Of a stretch of 64,000 nt of DNA, positions 1-9,397 are shown piece after piece. The position numbers were made by a program, and so were the translations under genes. The DNA lies in IMG/VR virus record IMGVR_UViG_3300037805_000644, positions 124,001-188,000 of that record; one strand, 5' to 3'. Positions within the stretch are counted from its first letter, which is position 1. The number at the start of each line of letters is the position of its first letter. Under the pieces are notes generated by a model that was given only the letters and a program-made list of their open reading frames with translations, did no database searches and was not told the origin of the DNA.

Positions 1-1
1 G

Positions 2-733
2 GGGGTCATCCACCTGGTGAACGTGGAGGGCGGGACCACCTGGGTCAACCTGTCCGACCAGGGTCGAGAGATTCTTGGGAATTATGGTCCGGGTTGGGAT
101 CCCACAGCGCACTTTTACCAGGGCCACATCGGAACCGCTGTAGTGATCTGCGATGTCCTCCGGGAATTGGGCCGTGAGACCGACCTGGAAGAACTCGTCA
201 GGCTGACGGGCTGGAAAACGGTCGGCAGCAAGATCAGAGACTGGGAGCTGGATCACGCAGGCGTTGTCCTCATCGGGAAAAAGAACACCGGACGCTGCCT
301 CACCTACCAGCTTATCGGGAACCCCACCCCCCAGGAAGCTTACGCCCGGATCGACGCCCAGCGGGAGATTCGGAAGGCTCGGAAGGCGGCGAAGAGGGCG
401 GCAGCAGAGGCTTTGGTGATCGAGGCCGACACCCCGATCACCAAAGCCTCCGCCCTATGGGCCGCCCAGCTCTGGAAAACGAAACCAGCGGGCACCGAGA
501 CGAAAGGGGAGGAGGATCTGGATCTCCTGGTGAACTCCCTCCCGGATAGCCCGGAAACTCTGCACACCTCTCAGGGGTACAGCATTCAGGTTCTCCTGAC
601 CCGAGCCGTCCGTGTGGAGGGGGTTCATTTCACCACTCCGGCCGGCACACCCCTTTTGGCAGATAACCTGTCGGAGAAAGAGGCCCGCTCCCTACTTGAT
701 GTTTTTCGGGAAACCCTGAAAAACATCAAGTAG
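2..733 (+). CDS. hypothetical protein, 5'-truncated by window edge
   Basis: Frame open from base 2 to TAG at 733; no family recognised. Confidence 0.6.
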   Translation, partial: GVIHLVNVEGGTTWVNLSDQGREILGNYGPGWDPTAHFYQGHIGTAVVICDVLRELGRETDLEELVRLTGWKTVGSKIRDWELDHAGVVLIGKKNTGRCLTYQLIGNPTPQEAYARIDAQREIRKARKAAKRAAAEALVIEADTPITKASALWAAQLWKTKPAGTETKGEEDLDLLVNSLPDSPETLHTSQGYSIQVLLTRAVRVEGVHFTTPAGTPLLADNLSEKEARSLLDVFRETLKNIK

Positions 734-804
734 GGGGGCCCACCCCCCCTATCGTAGAGTAATCCCCAAACCCGGGCTCCGGCCCACCCCAAAGGAGCAA
801 CGCC

Positions 805-1008
805 ATGAGCGTGCAAAGCGAAGTTCAGGACCTCATCACTATCCTCACCAACTCCCTGGAGGACGCAGGCAAGGTGGACCTGGGGGTCAAGGCCGCCTCC
901 CCCCGCCTCCGCAAGGAGCTGGCCTATGTCCGCGACACCTGCCAGGAACTGCGGAAAGCGTCCAGTGACGCCACCCGGAGCGTGAAGAAAGAAACTGTCG
1001 CGGACTGA
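805..1008 (+). CDS. histone H1-like Hc1-family small protein
   Basis: DAGKVDLGVKAASPRLRKEL resembles the Hc1 core (D-x-x-K-x-x-x-G-x-K-A-A-x-x-R-x-R-K); AAGGAG RBS; followed by terminator. Confidence 0.65.
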   Translation: MSVQSEVQDLITILTNSLEDAGKVDLGVKAASPRLRKELAYVRDTCQELRKASSDATRSVKKETVAD

Positions 1009-1020
1009 GAACCCCAAGCC

Positions 1021-1070
1021 GAAAAAACAAAGCCCCCGTCTGGTCCTCCAGGCGGGGGCTTTGTTTTTTC
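1021..1070. terminator. intrinsic terminator, probably bidirectional
   Basis: gaaaaaacaaagcccccgtctgg-tcct-ccaggcgggggctttgttttttc, near-perfect stem with A/T tails. Confidence 0.9.
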
Positions 1071-1095
1071 TGACCCTACACCAGAGGAGACAACA

Positions 1096-1308
1096 ATGGA
1101 CCAGCAAACCCGAGACCTGCTGAACGCAGCAATCAACGGAGCCCGAATGGCGGCTCGACGCGCCCGTCAGCCATTCGAGGGGCAGCGCAATGATCAGGCC
1201 CGTATCGCAAACGCTGCGGCCACCCAAATTGAGATGGCAGGGCTGGCCCTAGCCGGCCTGCGAGAGCAAGCCGATGCGGGGCCCGACCTTTTTGAGAATA
1301 GGGGGTAA
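1096..1308 (+). CDS. hypothetical protein
   Basis: GAGGAG RBS, 70 aa. Confidence 0.7.
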   Translation: MDQQTRDLLNAAINGARMAARRARQPFEGQRNDQARIANAAATQIEMAGLALAGLREQADAGPDLFENRG

Positions 1309-1340
1309 CAATCCGGCTTTCGGTAGTAGGTGAGGTGAAC
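1304..1340 (+). promoter_or_regulatory. class I promoter-like motif GGTAAC-N12-GGTAGTAGGTGAGGTGAAC
   Basis: Recurring motif directly upstream of RBS/ATG at 1353. Confidence 0.8.
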
Positions 1341-1352
1341 GAAGGAGGCCAC

Positions 1353-2639
1353 ATGAGCCAGGACACCACCCGCTGCTACACCATCCCAGCCCACAATGAG
1401 GCCGAGTTGCAGAAGCGCCTGAACCTCATGGGTCGACGGGCGGCCAAGCTCGGTCTCCCTGCCCCCACGGCAACTCAGACGGCAGTCGAGTTCCGCCCCG
1501 TTCGGAAAAACGGCAAGCCCGTCCTCACCAGCTCGGGTGAAGCCGTCACCTCCAAGTGGCTCACCTTTGAGGTGAGCGCGGCCATTGTCAAGCTGGCCGG
1601 TTGGACCTTCCTGGGCACCGTCGAGCACACCCCCCATGGGAACATCCTCCGGGCCACTCCGGCGGGTGGTGACCTGGACCTCACCAAGTTCCGCAAGGAC
1701 AAGCCCACCTGCGACCACTGCAACACAAACCGGCAACGCAAGGACACCTACCTGGTTCTCCACGAGACCGGGGAGATTCGGCGAGTTGGCAAGAGCTGCA
1801 TCCAGGCGTTCCTGGGCAAGGATGCCCTGTCCAGCCTGACCTATGAGATTCAGCTCGATGATCTCGATGAGCTGGAAGAGTTCGGCGGGTTCGGGCGCTG
1901 CACGCCCTTCTACGGCATTGGGGATGTCTTGAGCACCACTGCCACCACCATCCGCCGCTTGGGGTGGGTGCCCCGCAGCAAGGCAGATGAGGGCTCCTGG
2001 GCCACCGCTGATGTCGTCTGCATGTGCCTTGCAAACCCTGAGGCTGCCCGTCGGGCGGGTCTCGGCCCCATCCTGGATGATTACACGGACAACGACACCA
2101 AGACGGCCAGCAAGGCCCTGGAGTGGGCACGCTCCATCGATGAGGACACCCCCAACGACTACCTGAGCAACCTGCGGGTTTCCTGCATGGCCGATGACAT
2201 TGAGGGTCGGGGGTTCGGCATCGTGTGTTCGGCGGTCTCCGCCTACAACCGGGAAATCTCCCGGGAAGCCCAACGCAAGGCGGAGCGTGAGGCCACGGCG
2301 GACTCCAAGCACCTGGGCAACATCGGTGACCGGATCAATGCCAAGAAGCTTCCCAAGAAAGACCGGGATGCGGGTAAGTCTGCCATCCCCCCCTTCGAGG
2401 CGACGATCACCCGCTGTTACGCTTTCGAGTCTGACTTCGGGGTCCGAACCCACCTCAAGTTCTGCACCCCTGAGGGCAACGTCCTCGGGTGGTGGGCGGC
2501 TGGCGACTACGACTACGCCGTTGGCGACAAGGTCTGGATCTCCGGCGGCACCGTCAAGAAGCACGGCGAGTACCAGGGTGTCCTTGAAACCACCCTCAAC
2601 CGGGTCAAGCTCCTCAAGCGGGAGCTGGTTGACGCATGA
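1353..2639 (+). CDS. conserved phage protein with CDHC..VGKSC Zn site and C-terminal OB-fold-like domain
   Basis: CDHCNTNRQRKDTYLV..VGKSC and GTVKKHGEYQGVLETTLNRVK; AGGAGG RBS before ATG 1353. Confidence 0.7.
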   Translation: MSQDTTRCYTIPAHNEAELQKRLNLMGRRAAKLGLPAPTATQTAVEFRPVRKNGKPVLTSSGEAVTSKWLTFEVSAAIVKLAGWTFLGTVEHTPHGNILRATPAGGDLDLTKFRKDKPTCDHCNTNRQRKDTYLVLHETGEIRRVGKSCIQAFLGKDALSSLTYEIQLDDLDELEEFGGFGRCTPFYGIGDVLSTTATTIRRLGWVPRSKADEGSWATADVVCMCLANPEAARRAGLGPILDDYTDNDTKTASKALEWARSIDEDTPNDYLSNLRVSCMADDIEGRGFGIVCSAVSAYNREISREAQRKAEREATADSKHLGNIGDRINAKKLPKKDRDAGKSAIPPFEATITRCYAFESDFGVRTHLKFCTPEGNVLGWWAAGDYDYAVGDKVWISGGTVKKHGEYQGVLETTLNRVKLLKRELVDA

Positions 2640-3532
2640 GAGGCATCGACCCCCAAGACCTAAAGCAGTTCGCCCATTTCGGGCTTGCTGAGAACTCTGA
2701 GCGGCCCGAGGTTCAGAACCCCGGCGAGCGTTACCTGGAGGCGTTCCCTGCGCTTGGGGGGCGGTGGATTCAAAAGCCCGGGGATTTTGAGCGTTACCTC
2801 TCCCGGTTTCCCCTGGAGAGCCTGGAGCGGGTCTTCACCCTTGAGGAGAATTACCGGCTCTGGATGCAAAGTGCTTGGCAATGCCCTTTCGGGGAGCGGG
2901 TTCGTAAGTCCTTGGGACCGGAACGGGCCCTGTACAAGATCCAAAACTCCATGTGGCGGTCCCACTTCAAGCGGGACTGGAACCAGGTTGTGCGGGTCCT
3001 TGAGGGCATCCCGAAGTTCCGGCTCGGCGACCTGGAACTCCGGTTGGACATCACCACCGGATCCAATGACAAGGGTTACTGCGTCTTCCACCGGAGTGAG
3101 AAAGACGGGTTGCCCAAAGACAAGTACCTGTACCTAGATGGAACCATGGGCTTCGTGATCTACCACAAGGGCAAGCCCGTGGGGGTCATTGGGTTCTCCC
3201 CCATCATCGGCGGGGTCCTCCTCAACCAGGTGCAGATGATCAAGCCCAAGGGCAACCGCTGGCTCTACAAGCTGGAGAAGCCGCTGTTTGAGATGGTGGC
3301 TGAGGCCATGTGTGAGGCGTTTTCCGACTGCGGGGGGGTCTTCCTCGTGCAAGGTGCAAGTGCCGTCCAGCAGATTCGGCAGGCATATGGTACCGCAGAC
3401 TCCGTCAAACCCGAGGTAGCCAGCCGTATCCAAGCCTTTTACGACCAACCCCTCTCAAATCTGAACCGAGGAGAAACCCTCTCTGTGAGGGGGAACCTGT
3501 TCTACAGGCTGGAGGCTGCATGGCCGCAGTGA
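2636..3532 (+). CDS. hypothetical protein
   Basis: ATGA overlap with the upstream gene, 298 aa. Confidence 0.7.
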   Translation: MRGIDPQDLKQFAHFGLAENSERPEVQNPGERYLEAFPALGGRWIQKPGDFERYLSRFPLESLERVFTLEENYRLWMQSAWQCPFGERVRKSLGPERALYKIQNSMWRSHFKRDWNQVVRVLEGIPKFRLGDLELRLDITTGSNDKGYCVFHRSEKDGLPKDKYLYLDGTMGFVIYHKGKPVGVIGFSPIIGGVLLNQVQMIKPKGNRWLYKLEKPLFEMVAEAMCEAFSDCGGVFLVQGASAVQQIRQAYGTADSVKPEVASRIQAFYDQPLSNLNRGETLSVRGNLFYRLEAAWPQ

Positions 3533-3583
3533 CCATCGAAATGTCCCGCTTACTGCCCTGGAGCGCGTTCAGCTCCATCGTTT

Positions 3584-3620
3584 GGTAACTTTTGACCACT
3601 CGGCAGTAGGTAAGGTGAAC
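3584..3620 (+). promoter_or_regulatory. class I promoter-like motif
   Basis: GGTAACttttgaccactcGGCAGTAGGTAAGGTGAAC before RBS/ATG 3632. Confidence 0.8.
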
Positions 3621-3631
3621 AAAGGAGGACC

Positions 3632-3910
3632 ATGAACGTGCCCGTCGAAGAGTTCATCAAGAACGGCACCCAGGAGTTCATCGACCGCGACTTCCGGGTC
3701 ACCGTCGAGTTCTCGACCACCCCCGAAAAGATCGGGGTCATCTACCCGTTCATCCGAAAAGCCAACCAGGACCTCCGAGCGGCCTGGGTCAAGGCCACTG
3801 AGAGCAACCCCGAGGCGGCGCTCGGGCGTTGGACCATCACCACCTGTGAGGTCTGCAACGAGTACAGCGAAGGGCATTACCTGCTCGTCGAGATCGAAAG
3901 GATCCCATGA
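3632..3910 (+). CDS. hypothetical protein
   Basis: AAGGAGG RBS, follows class I motif. Confidence 0.75.
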   Translation: MNVPVEEFIKNGTQEFIDRDFRVTVEFSTTPEKIGVIYPFIRKANQDLRAAWVKATESNPEAALGRWTITTCEVCNEYSEGHYLLVEIERIP

Positions 3911-4113
3911 TCTGCAAGGGTTGCGGGAAACAGCTCACAGGCAGGACCTACATGACGCCCCCTGAGGGGGACCGTTACTGCTCAAAGGAGTGCATCGTGA
4001 AGGACGCACTCCGCATCTACCACGGGCTTGGTGGGGGCCGGGGCGCTGAGGGGCGGATAAGGCGGAACCTAGAGCGGGGGGCAGGGATGTTCCTTAACCC
4101 TTACTCCCCATGA
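3907..4113 (+). CDS. small Zn-binding protein (CxxC...YCSxxC)
   Basis: CKGCG...YCSKEC; ATGA overlap. Confidence 0.65.
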   Translation: MICKGCGKQLTGRTYMTPPEGDRYCSKECIVKDALRIYHGLGGGRGAEGRIRRNLERGAGMFLNPYSP

Positions 4114-4136
4114 TCCTCAAGGATTGGGTCTTTGAA

Positions 4137-4163
4137 GGTAACACCTCAACCACTTGGTAGTAG
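4137..4163 (+). promoter_or_regulatory. class I promoter-like motif (17-nt spacer)
   Basis: GGTAACacctcaaccacttGGTAGTAG. Confidence 0.7.
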
Positions 4164-4196
4164 TTAGGGTAAGCGGAAGCCCTATTGGAGAAACTG

Positions 4197-4463
4197 ATGC
4201 CCGTAACCCTCGCCAACTTGTCGATAACCCCACCGCCAGTGCGACCCACTCCCACCAACACACAGGTGGTGCTCACTTTGTGGATCGTATGCACCCTCGG
4301 GGTTAGCTGTGCTTTCATCGGGCTCACCTGGGGTAATCTCATGGCCCTGCCCACTTGGTGGGCGGCTGTGGGGTTCACCGCAGGGTTACAGTTGTTCGCT
4401 GGGGTGTGTGCCGCCCTCGGGCTCATGGTGGGCATGGGACCCGCCCTTGCGGCGGCTCGATAG
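4197..4463 (+). CDS. small membrane protein (2 TM)
   Basis: Two hydrophobic segments; GGAG RBS before ATG 4197. Confidence 0.6.
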   Translation: MPVTLANLSITPPPVRPTPTNTQVVLTLWIVCTLGVSCAFIGLTWGNLMALPTWWAAVGFTAGLQLFAGVCAALGLMVGMGPALAAAR

Positions 4464-4482
4464 CACTTACAGGAGAAAATCG

Positions 4483-5391
4483 ATGTCCACTCTGAAAGCC
4501 CTCATGCTGGCGTCTGCGGCGCTCGGCACCAACCTTGTGCAGCCGGAGCCAGGTCTCCCGTTTTACCGACGCGAGACTGACCCCTTCACGGGCACGTCCG
4601 GCTGGATGCTTGATCGGTTCGACCTGATCGCTGCGGCTGCCTTTGAGCAGCCCATGACCCGTAAGGTCGTCACCCGCGTCCGCACGGGTAAGACCGGACC
4701 TAAGCTGCGCCAGCGGCAGTATGGCTACACAACGACGTTTGAGCGGGACGCTGCCCATGTGCCCGCTGGTACCCCCATCCGCGTCCTTGAGACTCCTCAC
4801 GACAGCGATGGTGCCGTGCTGTGCATCATCGGAACAAAGGACCTCAAGGGGAAACGCCGCTATGTGGATCGCTCCCACATCGCACCTCATGCGGACTCGC
4901 CCGTGTATGCCTTCTGGCATGCCTGGGTCCGCAGTGCAGGGACGCACTACATCCCCACGTACGTCAAGCTACTGGACGCCTATGGGATCTCCGTCAAGGG
5001 CCCCTACAACCCCCTGGAGCTATCAGACGTTGAGGTGGTTGCCTGGGAGAGCGCGGAAACCGCGTTTGCGCCCACCTACAAGGGCCTTGGGGAACCCAGC
5101 GCCCACCCCTGGTTGATCACGGTGTTTGGGGATGTCGTGATCAAGTTTGAGTCCGACATCAAAACCGCAATGGAGGTTATCGCCGAACTTAATGGTGTGG
5201 CCGCGACGTTTAACGTCCGGGCAGGGCTTGAGCGTGCTCTGGTCAGATACCGCCACGTCGGGTCGTACCAACGAGGCAGCCTGGCCCTGCAAGAGCGCAC
5301 CCAAGCCGCATTCGCTCGGCGTGCTTTCCGGCTCATCGCGGACGCCAAGGGCGCCTCAAAGGTTGAAATCCTGGCGGCCTGCAAAGGATAG
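4483..5391 (+). CDS. hypothetical protein
   Basis: AGGAG RBS before ATG 4483 (MSTLKAL). Confidence 0.7.
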   Translation: MSTLKALMLASAALGTNLVQPEPGLPFYRRETDPFTGTSGWMLDRFDLIAAAAFEQPMTRKVVTRVRTGKTGPKLRQRQYGYTTTFERDAAHVPAGTPIRVLETPHDSDGAVLCIIGTKDLKGKRRYVDRSHIAPHADSPVYAFWHAWVRSAGTHYIPTYVKLLDAYGISVKGPYNPLELSDVEVVAWESAETAFAPTYKGLGEPSAHPWLITVFGDVVIKFESDIKTAMEVIAELNGVAATFNVRAGLERALVRYRHVGSYQRGSLALQERTQAAFARRAFRLIADAKGASKVEILAACKG

Positions 5392-5393
5392 CC

Positions 5394-5828
5394 ATGAAGC
5401 GCGCCCTCCTCCTCGCCCTCCTTGCAAGTTGCTCGGCTCGACCGAGCCCTTGGGGACACCCCAAGGGCTCCCTCACGAGATGGCCACCCTCAACCCCGCA
5501 ATCCGTTGAGGTGGCCAACCCACACGCTGCATTCAACCGGGCACGCCGGGCAATGGACAACCTGGGGCTGAACTTGCAGGTAGCCGACCGATCCTTGGGG
5601 ATCCTCACCACGGAATGGACAAGCCGAGCCGCTGGGTGTGGGGAGATGTTCTCTTGCCCAAAGGGGCACATCCAGATCCGTTACCGGGTGGTGGTGACCA
5701 AGACCCAGGCCACGGTCTCCATCCAGTCTCGTAAGGGCTACCGTAAGCTAGAACACCACCCTGCGACCGAGGAAGCTCTCCGAAACCAGGAGTTCCTGGC
5801 TCAAGCTCTCGCAGATCTTTGGCGGTAA
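5394..5828 (+). CDS. lipoprotein, BamC/NlpB helix-grip-like
   Basis: Signal peptide with lipobox LASC; AFNRARRAMDNLGLNLQVADRSLGILTTEW resembles a BamC-type domain. Confidence 0.6.
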   Translation: MKRALLLALLASCSARPSPWGHPKGSLTRWPPSTPQSVEVANPHAAFNRARRAMDNLGLNLQVADRSLGILTTEWTSRAAGCGEMFSCPKGHIQIRYRVVVTKTQATVSIQSRKGYRKLEHHPATEEALRNQEFLAQALADLWR

Positions 5829-5860
5829 CTTTCAACCACTCGGTAGTAGGTAAGGTGAAC
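5824..5860 (+). promoter_or_regulatory. class I promoter-like motif
   Basis: GGTAACtttcaaccactcGGTAGTAGGTAAGGTGAAC. Confidence 0.8.
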
Positions 5861-5877
5861 GCTTAGGGGGAATTTGC

Positions 5878-6291
5878 ATGAAACAGCTACCGCAGAATGC
5901 TCAAGAGTTGGTGGAGTACCTTGGCGACGGCTGGACCGTGTGGGTGCCGGAACCCTGGCCCGATTACCTGGGAGACCTGGGGCCGACGGCAGGGGACGAG
6001 CGTGTGGGTGCTCAGAAAGAAGGTTGGGCTGTTTTTATCGAGTATTTCGAGACGGACGGAACGCTCTACCAAGGAGAGTTGGCAGGTATCGACAACACAG
6101 GGTACCTGGACACGCCTGAGGAGGTACTGCGTAATCTCGAACGTACTCGCGAGATTGTTATTGAGAAAGCCCAAAAGAGGTTGGCTCAGTGGCAGCAGAT
6201 CAAAACGCTGGCGGAGTTGTCGGCTACGTCGACTCAAGGCAGCGGCTCTGCCCCGCATCTGGCTGCCGGAACCACTTGTCACGGGCGCTGA
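5878..6291 (+). CDS. hypothetical protein
   Basis: Follows class I motif; 3' end overlaps a convergent gene. Confidence 0.65.
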   Translation: MKQLPQNAQELVEYLGDGWTVWVPEPWPDYLGDLGPTAGDERVGAQKEGWAVFIEYFETDGTLYQGELAGIDNTGYLDTPEEVLRNLERTREIVIEKAQKRLAQWQQIKTLAELSATSTQGSGSAPHLAAGTTCHGR

Positions 6292-6448
6292 CCGCCTTGT
6301 CGAAGCTGTCAAGGCAACCCGACAGGAAAGACGCGAGCATGAAATCCGGCGAGTTGGACCCGTTCTCCATCGAGTGCTTGTTAATCAGACTGCGCAACTC
6401 TTCTTCAAAAGTCGGCTTCTCTGCGGTGGGTGTGCTGAGCGATTGCAT
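6224..6448 (-). CDS. conserved small phage protein (ENGSNSPDFMLA type)
   Basis: FEEELRSLINKHSMENGSNSPDFMLASFL..RDKWF matches a recurrent phage hypothetical family as recalled. Confidence 0.65.
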   Translation of the reverse strand: MQSLSTPTAEKPTFEEELRSLINKHSMENGSNSPDFMLASFLSGCLDSFDKAVSARDKWFRQPDAGQSRCLEST

Positions 6449-6520
6449 CCTTATCCCCCTTGTTATGGGCCAGGGTACCTAGATTAGGCCCCTGTGGGTT
6501 GACTATGGTGCCCCGAGGCT

Positions 6521-9397
6521 ATGGAAGCAACCTCTTTCAAGAAAACTCAGCCTGAGTACCAACTCAGTACCCGAAGGGACCACATGAACACCTTCACGCT
6601 CCGCCACAACCAGCATGAGGCATTCCACTACCTGTTCCGGCACCTTCTCTGCGGACACGGCGCAAATCGCCGTGAGGCGCTGATGAACAAGCCCACAGGG
6701 GCCGGCAAAACGCTGACATGCCACTACCTGCTCGGGAGGCTGCTAGAGACCGAACGGTACATCTCGGCCACCATCATCGCCCCCCAGCACCAAATCATGG
6801 ATGGGTTCTTCCTCAATGAGGATGAAGACACCGCGATCAAACCCCTCCCTGTCGAAGACCACCTGACGATCAGAGGAGAGGTGGAGATCAAGCCAGAAGA
6901 ATGGTGGGCCACCTCTGGCAAAAAAGGAGACAAGGCTGCCTTCTCCGCCCATATCCGCAGCACCAACCCCAGCACCAAAGGGCTGGTGTCGTCACACCAA
7001 GCTGTAGCTCGGTGGTACAAGGACAACCCCCAACTCCTGCCCGCCGACCTGGCGGGGCGGATCTTGGTCGTCGATGAGGCACACCATGCCTCAACCCGCA
7101 ACAGTTTGGGCAGCTTCGTCGGGGCATGGAAGGCCGCTGGCGGCACGGTTATCTACCTGACTGCGACAGCCTTCCGCACCGACGGCAAGACCATCATGGA
7201 GAATGCTGCACGGTTCACCTTGACCCTGGCAGAACACATCCAGTGTGGCTTTGCACCCCGCAATGTGAAGATCCGCAGTCACCACCTCCCAGTGACGGCC
7301 CGCACTGTGAATCAGTTGGCAGGCGTCGAGAAGAGCAGCGACGACCACGCAGATACCGTAGAGGTCATTGCAGACCTCCATGAGTCCGATGGCAACCCCA
7401 AGGCCGTGATCATCCTGCCGAGTGATTCCGGGGTGATGGCAGACGCTCTCCAGACCGAGCTGGGGGGTCGGGGCGTCCGAGTCTTCAACGCTGTGGGGGC
7501 GGGCAAGACCAAGGAGTTGATGGAGGTTTTGCAGCGTGAGCGGCAAGCCGACCGCTACGGCGGCTCAGAGTACGGCGTGATTCTGGCCTGCGCCCGCTTC
7601 AACGAAGGCACTGACTGGGCGTTTTGCAGCCATGTCTACAACATCGGGCTGTCTTACTCGTTTCTGCTCATCCTGCAACGCCTGGGGCGTGCCTTGCGCT
7701 TCAAAGGCAAGATCGACGAGTACCCTGAGCAGCACAAGGACCACGCGGTCTTCACCTTCATGGTCCCTGCCGTGTCCGATGACGTGTTCTCCAAGTTCGA
7801 GAGCAAGCACGATGACCACGCTTTCCTGTTGGCGTGCTTCATGGCGGACATGAACACCGCCCAAGACCACCTGGGTGTGATCCAGAGGTTTGCTGGTGCC
7901 GTCCGCACTGCCAAGGGCAGCACCCTCAAGCAGGCGCTGACGGATCTGGCACAGTCCCTCCATGCTGACGTGGAGGACAGCCGCGTTGCCGCAGGGCAGG
8001 TGGTGCTCGCCATCAGCGGGTTGCGGAGAGACGGCATCGAGAAGCCCACCTCAGATGATGTGAAATCGTACATGGCCAACGAGATGAGCTTGTCGGGAGA
8101 CGACCTCGCTGCTGCCGAAATGGCCGTCGATTACAAGGTGATGGGCGAGCACAAAGAGGTTTTCAATTCCCTGGTATCCCGCTTGCTCCGCAAGGTCGAA
8201 AACCGGGGCAAGACTCAGGACCCAAGCGACCCCAATGTCATCAAGACGGATCTACGGGCGGCCTTCGACGAGATGAAGGCCGAGTTCAAGTACAAGGTGA
8301 TGGGCACCGCCAACGTGGATGCCGCCTTGGTCCACCTCTCGCAGTTCACGGGGAAGACGGCTCAGGGAGTTGCCGAGTACCTGAGTGGCCGGCTCCACTG
8401 GTTCGCGGAGTTCATCAAGCATCTTCGGGCATACAAGGCTGAGCGTGGACACTGCAAGGTGCCCGGGACACACATCTGTGAAGACGGTTACACGCTCGGC
8501 TCAAGGGCCAATAGAGTCCGCTCTGGTGCTAACAAAGCCACAGAGGAACAACGAACAGAACTCGATTCCATGGGGTTCATCTGGGATCTGAAAGTGCATC
8601 AGTGGTCAAAGTTCACCATGCACTTTCGGGCTTACACAATGGAATTTGGCCACTGCTGCGTACCCGCCCTCTACTTATGTGCTGATGGGTACAAGCTCGG
8701 AAGCAAGGTCCGAGGCATCAGGTCTGGAAGCAAGATCACCGACCCCCAGAAAGCCGAACTCGATAGACTAGGGTTCGTCTGGGATTCTAAAGAATACAGG
8801 GACGCTCGTTTTTTCGAGCACTTACGGGCATTTGTTGGGGCGGCGAACCACTGTCGGGTCCCACAGCTCTATATATGTGCTGACGGATACAAACTTGGTC
8901 AGTACGTATCAGAAGTACGCTCAGGAGCATATAAGCTCTCCGATGATCAGCGGGCGAGACTCGACACCTGGGGCTTTGTTTGGGACTTATATGGCCTGAA
9001 ACGCGCTGACCTGTTCATGCACATCAGGGAATACGCCTCCGAGTTCGGCCACCCCAATGTGCATCAACGCCATGTATGTGTGGATGGCTACAAACTTGGA
9101 CGGAATGTTGCCCGAATCAGGTCGGGTCGTATCAAGACATCAAACACAGAGCGGGCAGAACTCAGCACCTTGGGTTTCATTTGGGATCTGCGGGCACACA
9201 ACCGTGCTGATCTGTTCACGCGAATTCAATCTTTCTGGGCAGAAAAGGGACACTGTGATGTGCCCACTTCCCACATCTGCGAGGATGGGTTCAAGCTCGG
9301 GTCGAGGGTCATCAGGATCCGATCAGGGAAATACAAAACCACTGAAACCGAGAAAGCCCTGCTTGACTCCTGTGGCTTCCGCTGGGGAAAGAAATGA
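6521..9397 (+). CDS. SF2 helicase with four C-terminal helicase-associated (HA) repeats
   Basis: PTGAGKT, DEAHH, LTAT, EGTD, QRLGRALR; four repeats of GHCxVP..GYKLG..R..LDxxGFxW; alternative start at 6584. Confidence 0.85.
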   Translation: MEATSFKKTQPEYQLSTRRDHMNTFTLRHNQHEAFHYLFRHLLCGHGANRREALMNKPTGAGKTLTCHYLLGRLLETERYISATIIAPQHQIMDGFFLNEDEDTAIKPLPVEDHLTIRGEVEIKPEEWWATSGKKGDKAAFSAHIRSTNPSTKGLVSSHQAVARWYKDNPQLLPADLAGRILVVDEAHHASTRNSLGSFVGAWKAAGGTVIYLTATAFRTDGKTIMENAARFTLTLAEHIQCGFAPRNVKIRSHHLPVTARTVNQLAGVEKSSDDHADTVEVIADLHESDGNPKAVIILPSDSGVMADALQTELGGRGVRVFNAVGAGKTKELMEVLQRERQADRYGGSEYGVILACARFNEGTDWAFCSHVYNIGLSYSFLLILQRLGRALRFKGKIDEYPEQHKDHAVFTFMVPAVSDDVFSKFESKHDDHAFLLACFMADMNTAQDHLGVIQRFAGAVRTAKGSTLKQALTDLAQSLHADVEDSRVAAGQVVLAISGLRRDGIEKPTSDDVKSYMANEMSLSGDDLAAAEMAVDYKVMGEHKEVFNSLVSRLLRKVENRGKTQDPSDPNVIKTDLRAAFDEMKAEFKYKVMGTANVDAALVHLSQFTGKTAQGVAEYLSGRLHWFAEFIKHLRAYKAERGHCKVPGTHICEDGYTLGSRANRVRSGANKATEEQRTELDSMGFIWDLKVHQWSKFTMHFRAYTMEFGHCCVPALYLCADGYKLGSKVRGIRSGSKITDPQKAELDRLGFVWDSKEYRDARFFEHLRAFVGAANHCRVPQLYICADGYKLGQYVSEVRSGAYKLSDDQRARLDTWGFVWDLYGLKRADLFMHIREYASEFGHPNVHQRHVCVDGYKLGRNVARIRSGRIKTSNTERAELSTLGFIWDLRAHNRADLFTRIQSFWAEKGHCDVPTSHICEDGFKLGSRVIRIRSGKYKTTETEKALLDSCGFRWGKK

